Part shown: in pieces, positions 1 through 13,482 of the stretch
Numbering within the stretch: the first letter of the stretch is position 1
How the letters are laid out: each line of letters opens with the position of its first letter
Source: Lingula anatina
Lineage: Eukaryota > Animalia > Brachiopoda
Length of the DNA stretch: 64,000 bases
Direction: 5' to 3'
NCBI GenBank assembly: GCA_051362555.1
Contig: CM120641.1
Location: 7,750,001-7,814,000, forward strand
Program-made: the position numbers and the translations under genes
Notes under the pieces: model-generated
What the model was told of the DNA's origin: nothing
What the model saw: the letters and a program-made list of their open reading frames with translations, nothing else
The model's database searches: none

Positions 1-85
1 GCAGGAGCCGCAGGAGCCGGCGGAACATACGGGTCGGGACTAAAACCATGTGTACCGCCAGCGCCTACGCTGGTGGTACAATAAT
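1..85. mobile_element. End of a Helentron/HINE (DINE-1-like) non-autonomous element in a CCT4 intron (truncated by window edge)
   Basis: GC-rich island in an AT-rich intron. Short tandem GCAGGAGCC units are followed by a terminal hairpin, TGTACCGCCAGCG (51-63) / CGCTGGTGGTACA (68-80), and then ATAAT. The family call is inferred from architecture only. Confidence 0.45.
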
Positions 86-254
86 CAAGCATAACAATAT
101 TGTCTCATTTATTATCATTGTTCTGATTCCCAAATTTTCAAAGTTCAATTTTCCTTTAATGATACAAAGTGTTACTTCCTACTAGATAAGATATAATTTT
201 TCACATCCATGACTCACAAAACTTTTAACTGGTAAATTTTGTTAACACACTCAC

Positions 255-3200
255 CTTGCAATAAAACTCTATGTCTTCCCTTTCTATATCTTTTATCACC
301 AAGATTTTCATTTTGGCCAGAAAATGTAGAGCTAAATCACTTACAGCATCCCTGGAAATATAATACACATTGAAGATAACTAGTAAGAATAATGAAAAGA
401 CATATTTAAAGACTGAAATAATTTCCATCACATTTATTTTAAAACTTAACAAGTACACATTTCAAATATATTGCATTCCACAGCAAACCAATTACATAAG
501 TTTTGAGTGACAGATAAATTATTTACCTCAAGATGGACTTTTGTATTAGGAGGACATTACAGCCAGCTTTCTTTATCTGTTTTACAATATTGAGGATATA
601 TGTTCTCTCTTCTTTCATTATTCTGTCCATTTGTGCATAGTCAGAAATAATCACATTGTTCTCCATCTGCAACAAATATTAGAAATTTGTTTATATAATT
701 TGAAGCCCTTTTATAACTTTATTATCAAATCAATATTTCATATACTCTAACGAAAAGTGAATAGTTACACGTCTTATTTCTAAAACACTGATGTCATACA
801 TATGGACCCAATAATTCAAATAACAGGAATCAATACATTAATGACTTACATCAGTTTTTGGTGGTGAAATACAAAACTGTATTAAACCAATCTTTGCTTT
901 TTCCACTTTATTTGGACCCCCACTGCCAGCAGTTCTCTGTGTAAAGACAACACCATCAATGAGCTCCGTGTCATCTACTGTGCCCCTGTAAAGTATATCA
1001 ACAGATGAGATTTTATTAAATTCATATTTTATCTAACAGTAACAGCTAGGACATGAAAAGAAGACAATTTCATTATCAATTGGGATAGAATTTCAAAAAT
1101 AAAACATTTACATACTACAAAAAATTAAATTTTCTTACTCTAGACCAATCAAGCTGGGGAAAAATATCTGGACTAAATAGAACATCCCTTACAAAAATAT
1201 GTAAAACGCTCCAACTCACCCAAGCTTTTTGACAACCCTGATGTCCCTTAAGTCTACATTTGTATCTGATGCTGGGTCTACCACTTTTAAAACTGCATCC
1301 ACAGCAATTGGTGAAAGGGAACTGGAGTATTGTGATACAACCTGAAATAAAAGAAATGGTTTGCACGTTTGTCATATAACTTGTAATAAAACATTCCCAA
1401 CTTAAAGGATAATTTACACTAAAAAAGAAAAATTATGCAAAATGCATTATTCTATTTTCTTTCACAGAAAGGACCACAAGGACTAAAACTGATAATTGAA
1501 AATATCTTTTAGAGCACTTAGCAGTATAACAGTTTTTCTGGTTACTATAAAACCCGTAACACCACAAAACTACTGATAATATTTTATCTCAATCATCTAA
1601 AGATAAAGGGGTATTCTCACACATTTAGTTCATACTAAGCAAAACACCACTTCCATTTTTGCTCACCTTAGAATTGAGAGAAGTGGAGGCACTCTTAAGT
1701 AAAGAGGCACGATCACTTAGTTCTACTTTTGTTGCCATTGTGGACTCCAGAATTTCACAACATTTTACTGCTGCCGACTGAAACGCTTCAGATATAGTTG
1801 TTGGATGGATACCTGACAAAAATGATCAAACACTATAATCCTCTGTAAAAACAATTTCTGAAAAAAATAAATAACACTCAATAACTAAGCTCTTTTCTTC
1901 CAAATAAGACATTATCCAATTAGCCTTTTAATTAGCCTTAGCCTTAATTAGCCTTAATTTTAAACTGCTGCTCAGAACATTCTACATGGATTCCATTAAA
2001 AGTATTACTATCAGATATGGATGTAAAATTGCCATCATCTCACCTTTGGCTAATAGCTTGGCACTGGCATCTAGAAAACTTCCAGCAATGACAACAACAG
2101 ATGTGGTGCCATCTCCAGCTTCAACATCTTGGGCTTTGGAAAGTTCCACCAGCTGCAAGGCAAACCCACACCATTCACAGTATTACACTTGAGCAAATAA
2201 TACAGCTGGCAGTAATTAGATGTTACTTGCACACTGAGATTACATGTTATTGATGACTCAACAGATGACTCTTTCAGAGTAAATGGCATTTTTACGTGAT
2301 CAAAACTCCATGAACCTTATTCATCAATTCAGGGCACAATATGAAGGTACTAATATAAAGAAAAGTCGGGTATTTGACTTTTATAAATTTCTTTCCAAAC
2401 ACCTTGATACATTCACAATATTTATTATAAATGATTCTGTATACTATATTTTGTTGGATAAAGATAGATTAAGTTATTATTTACATTACATACCATTTTA
2501 GCTGCTGGATGCAACACTTGCATTTGTTTCAGAATTGTGGCCCCATCATTTGTAATGGTCACATCTCCATTGGCAGACTGGATCTAAAGTAACATTTGCA
2601 AATATAACTGCCTTTCGTTTTCAAATATATGGTTTTAACTGCTTTTGTGCATTTTTATATCTGCAATCCCACAAATAATTCTTTTGCAAACAAGTTATAA
2701 AATACTTTCAATCAGTTTAAATAATTACTTAAATAAACTGACTGATCTAAACCATATATGTTTGCCCTGCCCTGGTAACATAACAGTTTCTGGGCTCAAT
2801 CTGGAATAAATTTTCTCTCCAACAAACAAATAGATAAATTTAGCACAAATCAAAATGTTTCACAAATTGCTTTATGATAAATACTGTTACTAAGATTTGG
2901 TACTTCTGATTTGGTAAAAATTTTCAATAATGCAAGCTTGAACTTAGATATAAGTACGTTTCTGTCTAGACACCAAGTAAAATGTGCAAGAGTAACTTAC
3001 CATTTTGTCCATGCCCCTTGGGCCTAGACTTGTTCGGATGGCATCAGCAACCGCTGCAAACAAATGTTCAATAATGTCATTATATCATGTTTGACAGCAG
3101 ATTCATTTCTTGCAATAAATTAAAGCCCTTTTGAAGATATTAACAGTTATCTAATTATATCGTATCAGATAAACAATCAAAATCAACCTCAAAAAGGAAA

Positions 3201-3685
3201 ATTGTGGAGCTGCCGAAATTGGAATGCTCGCATTACAAAAAATAATTTTATTACATTTATAGAGCAATAGGAAAAAGCGATCAGGGACTGAAAATCTTAG
3301 ATCCCAGTACAGACAACGAATCAACGTTAGGCTTTTACAAAACTCTGTGATAACTGACATCAAACTGAGATGGTCGACGAGTGAGAACAAGACTCGGCAA
3401 ACTACCATTTACTTCAGTACAGTATCAGAGCTTTGCTTCGAATGTGATGTCCAAGTCTTTGGTACTTTCACACACAATAGCAAAAAAAAAAACCTTCATA
3501 TTAAAATATGCAATATAGAGAAACGCATCAAAATGTTGAACTTAACTAAATTTTTATGTTACAATTTATTTTTCGTATGCCATACCTTTCGCTGCAGTAA
3601 TATTACTGTCCCTCACTGCAGTTGGCTTCTCTCTGTCCCTGTATTCTGACCGACTACTAGGTTGTTGCGTTTTCCCTTTCGACAT
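255..3685 (-). CDS. CCT4: T-complex protein 1 subunit delta (chaperonin CCT4), exons 1-9; gene continues past left edge
   Basis: Exons (-): 3586-3685, 3001-3053, 2494-2583, 2044-2152, 1667-1812, 1220-1341, 850-985, 527-666, 255-351. All are GT-AG and phase-consistent (331 codons). The translation contains [81 protein letters not shown] and [17 protein letters not shown], matching CCT delta. Confidence 0.96.
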
Positions 3686-3929
3686 GGTGAAAGATCAAAG
3701 CTTTTAATGTGTAACTGAAATAAATAAAGGGTACGATGCTCTTAAAAATCTAATGATTTTACTGGATTTTGGGACTGAACCTTCTAGTAAATCTGTGCTT
3801 CCAATATGGCTTCCACTTAACGCGAGATCTCCTCAATTGAATTAGGTCAAATATGACGTACATGGCGGGAAGTTGTTAAAATTCACACCAGCTTATTTTC
3901 CAGTATTTTCCATCAAAGAAGTTATATTC
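3686..3929. promoter_or_regulatory. Bidirectional promoter between CCT4 and DTL
   Basis: Divergent ATGs are only 244 bp apart. The region is locally CpG-containing, with TGACGTA (CRE-like, 3854-3860) and ATGGCGGGAA (3862-3871, E2F consensus overlapping a YY1-like core). Confidence 0.7.
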
Positions 3930-6900
3930 ATGGCTTTATTGTCTCGATTATTTGCAAGGGAGGCAACAGCATCGTTTGGTAAAGAAGGTATGTTCATAAA
4001 TGCATTTGAAACATTAGAGATTGCTCATTGTGGTCAGTGCTTCGCTCCTTGTCTACAGGACTAAGACAGACTTATCGCAGTGCTGATTTAGTTACCGAGT
4101 GTTTATAATTAGATGAAAATCTTTTGCCCTGGACTTCAATTCCAGGTACCTTAACGTCCTGCTTAGACCGGATCACAGAGGATTTCAGGTGCTACAGCTT
4201 TGACCAGCACCTGATTGAAGGACAAGAATATGAGGTAAATTCTGTACTCATTGGTATTAGTCACTATCACTGAATATGCATTTAAATTGTAGGCAGCAAC
4301 TTGAGCAAGGCTTTGGGTGTCTAGAATTACTGCACAGCGTAATAGTTCTTGGTGAATAGATAATGATATACTGATAAAGAACACCTTTGAAAACACCAGA
4401 AAATAGTTGTGTGTGTATTTATCCTTTCATTAGTTACCAGCAATTTATAGGAGTAGATGATGCATGGCAACATACTTTTTTTTGTACTCAACACTTCCAT
4501 TGATACAACACATGCAATAAAGCTTGTATTTTTAGTGCATTGTTGCAATTTTCATACAGTTAAAATAAAAAAAATGTTTTTCATTACAGATTATCCCCCC
4601 TTTTGCATGCAGTTTCTGCAAAGGTAAGCAGTGATATATATTTTTCACTTATTGAGATATTTTGATTGTTGTTTTGTGAAAAACTTAAGCAATTTATGTG
4701 TAAATTTAAAAGGTTTTTATAGATCCTTTAGATTGATTTTCATTTAACATTTTCATAACTTTTATTCACATTTGACAGTATACTTGCCTCACTTACTTAA
4801 AACTTTAAAAAATGCTATATTTGCTCAAAAGCCATGAAAGTATTAAGTTTATGATATTTGATTGCATACATATTGATGTATAATGATTTTGTGTTAAGTC
4901 CCAGGGAGTTTGCATTTTCTGGCTGTGGCAGATGAAGATGGAACAGTGGTGCTTTACAACCTGAATAAAACAGGAACTGAAGCTGTTGTTAAAGGTAATG
5001 CCTTCATGTTTTATTTCTCCTCCTGACAAACTTTTTCTTTTTCTTATGAAAGAAATTGTGTAAGCTTGAAGGAATACTTCAGGGGCGGATCCAGAGCTAT
5101 TTTCTAACAGTCTTCCAAATTATATTTATTGATCTATCCTCCAATTTTGACCGTCTTCCAACAGAAAAAATAAGATACCTTTTAATGTAAACTTGAAAAT
5201 CTGACCGTCTTCTGGAAGACCCAGAAGACGGCCTAAATCCGCCCCTGTACTTAAAGGTTACTAAACAACTACATCACAATGTGGTTTAGTTATGAATTTT
5301 CATGCAATTTTGTGAGTAAGTAGATTTTTTGATAGGGTATAAGTATCTATGCACTGTCATGAAAATTTATACATGTAAGTAATTAGCATGTTCATATCCA
5401 GATATATTATAATAGTTAAACTTAAGTCAGGAATAACCTGTGCACTTTATTTCAGATTGGTCAGCCCATTCCAATGCCATCTTTGATGTCAGTTGGGTCA
5501 TTGGTGAAAACAAGATACTTACAGCATCTGGAGACCAAACAATAGCTTTGTGGGATGTGGAAACTTCACAAAAACTGGCTGTATTTCGTGGTCACACTAG
5601 TAGTGTCAAATCAATCAGCTCACGTTGGAATGATCCATGTAAGTAAATCTAGTAAGATTTATGTTAGAAAGTCCCACTAACCAGGGATACCATGAAATAA
5701 GTAATTTAAATTAATTTTCAATTTTCAATTCATTTCAGTTCAGTTTATACATATATAAGCATTTACACAAGTTAAAATTAAGCTTGTAAAATATAGCTGT
5801 TTAGCAGGCTGCAGGGTTTTATGTTCCCGTTGATTGTCATGCTCTTTATAGAGTGATGTATTTACTCATGTTTAAAGGGATATCCTCTACTTTTGAATTT
5901 TTCAGACATATTCAGCTCAGGTTCCAGAGATGGGCATATCATGCTCTGGGATACTAGGTGCAGTAAAAAAGGTCAGTGATAAACAGTGGTTCTTTGCAAT
6001 GAATTCCATGAGAATTTCCTCTGTAGCTGAAATTGATTAACTGGGATAAAAATATGTAGCTATTTGCTTAATTTTGAATCTTTGGGAAGAAAAGTGTTGC
6101 CAGGGAGCCTTGTAATTAAATGGATCAGAAATTATAAGTTTACAAATTTGGGTAATGTGCATACAGTATTCTGTTCCATTTGGGTTTAAAAGAACACTTT
6201 TCCAAGCTCTTTTGGCTGTAACAAACTGTAACTTAGTTCTAATTCTTGGTTTAAGATTTAAGGAAACTCATGGATTATTGCTGTTTTTGTTTTTAGATGG
6301 TTCCATCCCATCTGTTAACATTGTAAGGAATGCTCACCTCACCACAAGTACAGGCTCCACACCCAAACCAAAGAAAAGAACAAAACTTGGCACAGCTCAG
6401 GTATACATAACATTTATTTAAAAAAAAGTTAAATTTTTTCACAGTGTTTTGCCAGTTTCTCAATGATTTAGCAAAAACAAAAATGTCCTATTTGACCTAA
6501 ACAAAAAATTAACTCCAGTAAACCTAGTATGTATAGCAATATAATTATTTGCTTCTACTTAATATATATTTGATTTTGTTGTCACAATCCCGATGTGATT
6601 TTATGACAAATGAGGGATGTTTTAACCTATGTTCTTTGTACTGCAACTTGAAAGTGTTGTTTTGAGAACATTTTTGAAACTTAAGTCCTAACTAAGATGA
6701 AGATTATCTTGAAGGTATGTGAGAAAAATATCGTAATTATTTTATGAATATTATTTCAGGATTCTCAGCAAAGTGTGACATCTGTTTTATTCCAAGATGA
6801 GAATCATTTGGTTTCAGCAGGCGCTGTGGATGGGTAAGTTACTGCACTTTTTTTGGGTTTGGGTTCTGCAAAAAAAGAATTATGTAGTTGTCTGTTTTGT

Positions 6901-9900
6901 TCATTAAATTGATATGGGCATTTTTACAATCCTGGGCTCCTTTTTTTCCCACCAAGGGTCAAAAATAGAAATCATTATTGTGTTGAAATTTGTACCTTTC
7001 TTGAAAGTATAGACCTGAAGGGTATAAGAAATGACAATCCTGAGATAAAACCTTGTGTATGTATAAAGATATAATTATTTGAATTTTGAAAATCATTTTT
7101 TTAATTTTCATAAGCTAAACCTTAAAGTGTGTGACTTTTATAATTATTTAAGGTATTGATCTCCAAAAAACCACTTAGATTTACTCAGAGAGTATTGCTC
7201 TTTTATGATGTATTTGCAAAAAAAATGGATGAAAATATCCAAAATTTGACGAATCAATGATATTTTGTAATTTTCCTGTTTCAGTATTAAATGTGACTCC
7301 ATGAAGTTTTTGATTCTGAGATATTCTGAGGACTTCTGTACTTCACTTTACCTTGCATTAGTTCTTTATGTTATGCTTCATGATTGTGTAAAATATTATT
7401 TTGCACAGACATGTGTGCTAATTGCAGTGTCATGTTAAAATAAATTTCCTTTCCGAAACATCCTTGTTTCGGAAAGGACATTTTTTTAACATTCATGATA
7501 TTGTTGTAATATATTGTAGTATTTGAGTTTATAAGTTTTAGGTAAAGTCTATGAATAACTGGGCAAAATAGGTGGAAGCTGAACTAAAATTGAAGTCTTT
7601 TTATTACATTTTGTGCTTGTTTTGTCTATTCTGTACTAGTAATTCATTACTGGAATTTTATTTTACAAAATATTGATTCTGAGATATATTCCAGGTATTC
7701 TTTATGCCATTATACCTTATTCCAGTTTCTTTTGTTACAGTTCATAGCTGTATAAAATCTTATTTGACAATGTCAGATTTACCAACAGTAAAGACATGTT
7801 TAAAGATATGTCCTTTTAGACATGTACTTGTTTCGGAATGGACATTTATTTAACATTTATGAAATTTCCTTAAGATCTCATAGTACGTTGGTTTACAAGG
7901 TAGAGGTGAAGCAATCATTGGACAATATGAGTTAACTAGATTAAAACTGAGCTGTTTTTATTACATTAATTGGTCATTTTGGAAAGTTTTTGATTCTTTT
8001 TTGAAATGTTACTCCATTAGTATTTGATCATGACATAAAATAGAGTCTTCTACACTCCATTATACCCTATTCTACTTCCTTTTGTTACAGCTCATAGCTG
8101 TATAAAATATTATTTGACAAGTCCATGTTTAAAGGGATAATAACTCTTCGTTTTGGCCAAAAAATGAATTTTCCTGGAATAAACAACAATTTTCCCATAC
8201 TTACCAATGGTTAATGAATCCATTTTTACATTCAAAGTTAGTCTCTGGTTTTTTTCTAAAAAGTTTGGTTATTTGTTAAAATCTCTTAAGAGATTATAAC
8301 AGAGCATAGCCATCAATGGAGGTCACATGGTCTGAAGACAAACTTAGATATCAGAATAATAGCTATAACTGCCATTTTTGTGGTAAAACAGAATATATTA
8401 TATTTCTATGAGTTATTCACAATGTTTTTATTGTGAAATATAGATCTCATACGAAGAGTTATTATCCCTTTAAATTAAGAAATTACATTTTTAAATATGT
8501 CCTTTTAGGCATGTCCTGTGTTTCGGAATGGACATTTATTTAACATTTACGAAATTGCTTAAATGGTATATATGTATGCATCATGATGTATGTATATGTT
8601 ATAAATAATCACAGGAAGTTAATTATAACCTGTGTCTGCCTGCAAGCGCCTCTGTTAACCATGCCAGTGAACTGACTCTCGCAACTTTAACATGTGTAGC
8701 CTCATAACTATTTTTGAATACTTTTATGTACATCATAAGTAAGAAATATTTAAAGTAAGGTAAGCCATATTATTCAAAATTATATTCTACATAAATTTGA
8801 TGTGCTTCCCATCATCCTCTTCCTCATGAATAATAAATAAATGAGCAGACCAAAGAGTAAACAAGTGTTTTAGACAATCTGTTAAAAAATGTCCTTTCCG
8901 ATACAAAGCATCCAAATTGCCTTTATTTCTATTTAAACTGATATAATCTCTTCAATTAATTGTTAATTTAACTTTGAAATACATGAACTTTGGGAAGTTC
9001 TAGTAGATCCAAAGAAAATATGCTGACTTGCAAAAATGATTTTTTTTTGTTGAGGATATATATAGAAATTTAAAAAGATGCCATTGAAGAAATATTTTTG
9101 TATTATTTTTTATGTCATATGCATGATGCTCCAACAGTAATTTGCTTATGTCAAGTGAAACATACAGCATTAAAGACAGAATTCTCTCTGTTTATAACAT
9201 TGGCAATGTAAAGGTACTTTGTTTCGGAATGGACAATTTTTAACAAGCATCTCAAAAAAGGCCACAATTAAATGTGTTTCTGTGCACTGGGGTTTTCTTA
9301 TATAAAAATAAATATCACATGTCCTAGGCTTTAGAGAAATATATATTGTTACAGGCTAGGTGTCAACATGTTCTTTTTATGTAAGAGAAACCCAATGTTT
9401 CGGAATGGACAAATTTAACGGAAAAGCACAGTAGGGTTATTTTGCACTCCATGTCAAGCTCCAGGATCATCGCACAGATTTCATTATTTGATACAAACAA
9501 TACCAATACATTCAAATAATGATTAGTATGGTTAATTATACTGTATGTTTTATGATATATTTTCTGAAAGTAATTTATTTTTGTTTCGGAATGGACATTT
9601 CGTTTAACGGAAATACCAGCATGCTATTAAAAGACTTTTTTTTCTAGGATACACCTCTCTCTTGTTAATATTTAAACTTTTTTGCTTCCACCATACTACT
9701 GAGTGTTTTATAATCCCAAAAAATGCAATGTCAAACACTGTTTTAATTTGTTTCAGATTGCTTTTTATTTCATATCACTAAAACGGGAAAAATTTTTGGT
9801 CATTTTTCGGACTTTGCTTTAGCATAACTTCGGACTCGGTGGTGATATTTGGTTTCTATTTTCAGTTTTTATCTTCACTTACACCATTCTCTAACATAGT

Positions 9901-12900
9901 GATAAAAGAATTCTTTGATCATATGTATGTAATTTGTTAATTAGCAATATGTGGGAATATCTGAAAAGTGCCAGGGATTGTAAAAATGCCCATATATAGA
10001 TTATCAAGCGCTTACTTTGTTGTATAATTTTGAAATAACACAAAATAGAAAAGTTACTCATTGATTTTCATCAGTAGGTTAGTTTTCTACTTTGCTTGTG
10101 GATTATATATCCCCCGTGTTCTGCAATATCTGTTTAAAAGTTTTTCTTACAGATTTTGTAAAATATCATTCTGTTATATTTAAGTATTGATTGTATTTTA
10201 TATCTTGGCAATTTATTGGTATATTTTGTTTGTATGTTTCCAGGACAGTGAAAGTGTGGGACATGAGAAAGAACTACTCAGTTTTGAAGATGGGGGCACA
10301 ACCCATGCACAACTTTCCATACAATGGTTCAAGCATCAGAAAACATGGTAAATGTTAATTTGAACTTTTTGGACCAATATTAGACTTGTTTTGATATTCA
10401 TGTTTTGCATCTTATAACATTTTGCTCAACTCTTCGCATTTATGTGAAGGAATTTGTGTGTACAGATTTTTTTGTATACAATAAGAGTATATCATTTCCA
10501 TTTAATGTTTTTAGGCTTCTCTAATCTTGCATTTGACTCTAGCCGCACAAAGTTGTTTGCAAGTTGTACAGATGATCATATTTACCAGTATAACTGTGCC
10601 AGTTACACTTCTAAGTCAGGTAAGTATCTATGTGTTTTACATTATCTGAATCTGAATAATAAGTAGAAGAAATGAATGTCTGTATTTTCAACCAATGAAT
10701 CAGCTGGAATAAACAAAAGAAAACTAAAGATTGATAATCAGCAGGGATTGAATATAACCATGTGTTTATCCCTCCACCAAGCAATTTTGAAGCTGAAAAT
10801 ATTGTCTTTTTTTTTCTAAAAGAAAAAAATGTTTAAATTGTGTTAAGTTTATGATTGAAAAGAATTGTATGCATTATATGACCATCATAATAGTAATGAA
10901 GCATGTAAGTGTAGGTATTTCAAAAGTTGTGATTTGTATTGTTTCAGAGGGTGTGTATAAAGGGCATAGGAACTCCACATTCTATGTGAAGGCCTGTGTC
11001 AGCCCAGATGACAGGTTTCTCCTCAGTGGATCCAGTGATAACAATGCTTACATGTGGAAGGTTGGTTTCAGATTTTTAAATTAACACTGGAATAACTTAC
11101 TAGTCACATGTAAAACTGTTTATTATATAAAGGTATGTCAAGCTCATTTTTAAGAAAATAAATAAATTTTGAGGTTCTTGATCAAAAGTTTTTTCCCTTT
11201 GGCAGTTTGAATTTGTACTTTTCTGCTGACAGAAATTTGTATTTTTGATTTTTATGTAGCAGATATGGTGTTAGGAAATAACTCAAAATATTTTGATCTT
11301 AAGTTTAAGGTACCAATTAAGTTGGATTTTAGCTTTAAAAATTCAGTAATTTGTACATTGTGATTTTATCAGATTGATGATCCATTGTCCAGTCCAGTTT
11401 TATTGAAGGGTCACTTGGGAGAGGTGACCAGTGTGGCATGGAATCCTTCTGACTTCACACAGGTATTTTGAAAATATTTTTGGGATAAAATAATTTAAAT
11501 TTATTTTGATAAAATTATATATGCCATGGCAAGTGTGCATTTTGTTTTTTACTTCATAGAGACTTTAATAATTGGATGTTGTTTAATTATTGGGAGCTAA
11601 GAGGATTATTTTATTAAGTTATGCTGTCAACTAAGTAGCAGCCATACCACAAAATTCACTTTTCTTTCAAATGACCCCTCTCTTCTCTCAGGCTGTGACC
11701 CTAAGTGATGATAGCACCATGCGTGTGTGGCGGTTGTACAGGCACAGTACCGCTGACTCAGAAAGGGTGACCATTGGACATGCTGAGAGGGCACCCCAAA
11801 CCAGGGGTCAGTACATTGGTTATGTGGAAAAATGTAGCTTGCTATTTCTGTATACATTGCCTTAGTTCACCATAGCGTGTAACATTTTATGATAAGTTTT
11901 TGCAAGAGATTAACCATTTGATTAAAATTTGATATTGTGAACCTAGGGGACATTTGGATAGCTCTTTATTTATAAAATATATCAGAAGCTTAGCTGTTAT
12001 TGTGATGTAAAATGAAAATAGTGTCTCATGAAGAAAGAATTTTAAAATGTGAATGTCTTGAAAAGTTTTAAAGTTTTGTTTGGTATGAATTATTTAAAAA
12101 AGTCCCTTTGTTTGCGCAAAATTGTACACGTAAAAATATTGAATTGTTACATTTCTTCCTAATGTTAACAAAAATTGATGTTTGTCTGATTTTATGTTAA
12201 ATGGTATATTGGAATAATTTTGCTACTTCCTGTGTATATTGAAAAGTTATTTAGTATTATAGTACTTTGTTTGTAAATGACAGCTAATATCTTTCATTTC
12301 ATTTTAGTTTCACCTTCTAAAAATCTGAAGCCTCCATCCTCATCAGGACAAAAAGTGTCACCTTACAGAGACTCCAGAGTTGTCAGAAATGTTAATGTCA
12401 ATCCGACCACTTTATCAGTCACAGCAAACCTGAGTAACATTAGGAATATGACAGCTAAATTGGTACCAGTAACCCTAACAAAGTGGCTGAATAGGACTGG
12501 AAAAGTTGACAGTGCACTTATGACTTCCCCACGGAAACCACCTCCACCATCCCCAAGAAAATTAATTATTAGTCCCATGAAAAGGCCATCTGTTCCAACA
12601 CCTGTCAGAAGTGTGGGGATAAAGAGGCAACACAGCAGTGGAGAATTAATGCAAAGAAATAAGGTGGCAAAAACTGTGACAAATGGCCAAGTAGAGTATG
12701 GGAATGCTTTAGATGAAGTGAACTATAATAGTCCAGAAAAAGTGAATCAAGACAGTAGTGGTGATTTATGTTTTAGTGAGACTGTAAAGACACCTCAAGG
12801 GGCAAAAAAACAGCTTTTCTCTTCAGACTTTAAAGAAGGAGAAACTGTTCACAAACTGAAAACAATTGAAAGTTCTCTGACCCGCTCCCCAACAAGCAAT

Positions 12901-13482
12901 CTCCCAAACTGGGTTCTCAATCCAGAACCAAGGGTGCCACAAGCCCCTCAAAATAAAGAAAACTCTCCCAAATCTATAGACTGGCTAACAAAAATAAGTC
13001 TACAGCGAAGAGGTTCAGTAACCTTAGAGAGTGGAGAAATTGGAAAAAAGACAGCTGTGGATAATGCATGTGGAAAATTAAAACTCAAAGTGAGGAAGGA
13101 GAGAATTCTCTCTAAAGAGGAGACAGTGGACCAAGTCAAAGGAAGTCCAAAATCTGTAAGCCGCTCAGCCTCTCCAACTTCACCACTGGTAAGTAAACTA
13201 TTGTTTCTCAGTCATTTTTACCCATAAAATACTTCTTTCTGGTTCTGGATCTGTTCTGCTAGTAGCCCACTTTTAATATAGAGTAATTTTTGAACAGTTG
13301 AATAAAATGTGATTAATCACTGGTTAATCACTGAGAGACAAGCCATAAGTATAAAAACAGTTATATAAAGTAAAATGGTGCATCAATCAATAACCTTTAT
13401 TCAATGTTTTGCTTCTTTCTTTCAGGTTGCATCACCAAGAAATCGGTCAATCTTATCCTTCTTTAAGCAGAAACCAAAGTAG
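3930..13482 (+). CDS. DTL: Denticleless/CDT2 (DCAF2), WD40 substrate receptor of CRL4, ~722 aa
   Basis: Exons (+): 3930-3987, 4146-4234, 4590-4623, 4899-4994, 5456-5638, 5906-5971, 6297-6400, 6760-6833, 10244-10347, 10515-10619, 10948-11060, 11373-11462, 11692-11806, 12308-13188, 13426-13482, all phase-consistent. Motifs: PPFACSF, LAVADEDG, WSAHSNAIFD, TASGDQT, SGSRDGHIMLWDTRC, QQSVTSVLFQDE, VSAGAVDG, GHRNSTFYVKA, an S/T-P-rich tail and a C-terminal PIP-like RSILSFFK. Confidence 0.93.
5080..5247. mobile_element. 168-bp MITE with 5-bp TSD (hAT5-like) in DTL intron 4
   Basis: Terminal inverted repeats CAGGGGCGGAT ... ATCCGCCCCTG, flanked on both sides by TACTT (5075-5079, 5248-5252). Internal CCGTCTTC/GAAGACGG repeats. 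Confidence 0.75.
6915..9992. mobile_element. ~3.1-kb non-autonomous TIR DNA transposon filling DTL intron 8
   Basis: Perfect inverted repeat ATATGGGCATTTTTACAATCC (6912-6932) / GGATTGTAAAAATGCCCATAT (9975-9995), with a probable TA TSD. Internal ~360-bp degenerate tandem units and a reiterated TGTTTCGGAAWGGACA motif. No ORF in the track. Confidence 0.75.
8133..8469. mobile_element. 337-bp Kolobok-type MITE (TTAA TSD) nested in the 3-kb element
   Basis: Perfect 19-bp TIRs AGGGATAATAACTCTTCGT / ACGAAGAGTTATTATCCCT, flanked by TTAA at 8129-8132 and 8470-8473. AG...CT termini with a TTAA TSD are typical of Kolobok. Confidence 0.8.

Noticed and set aside
7447-9600. CRISPR-like array of TGTTTCGGAATGGACA repeats
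   Set aside because: Spacing is irregular and hundreds of bp, both orientations occur, the context is a eukaryotic intron and there are no cas genes. Transposon internal repeats explain it.
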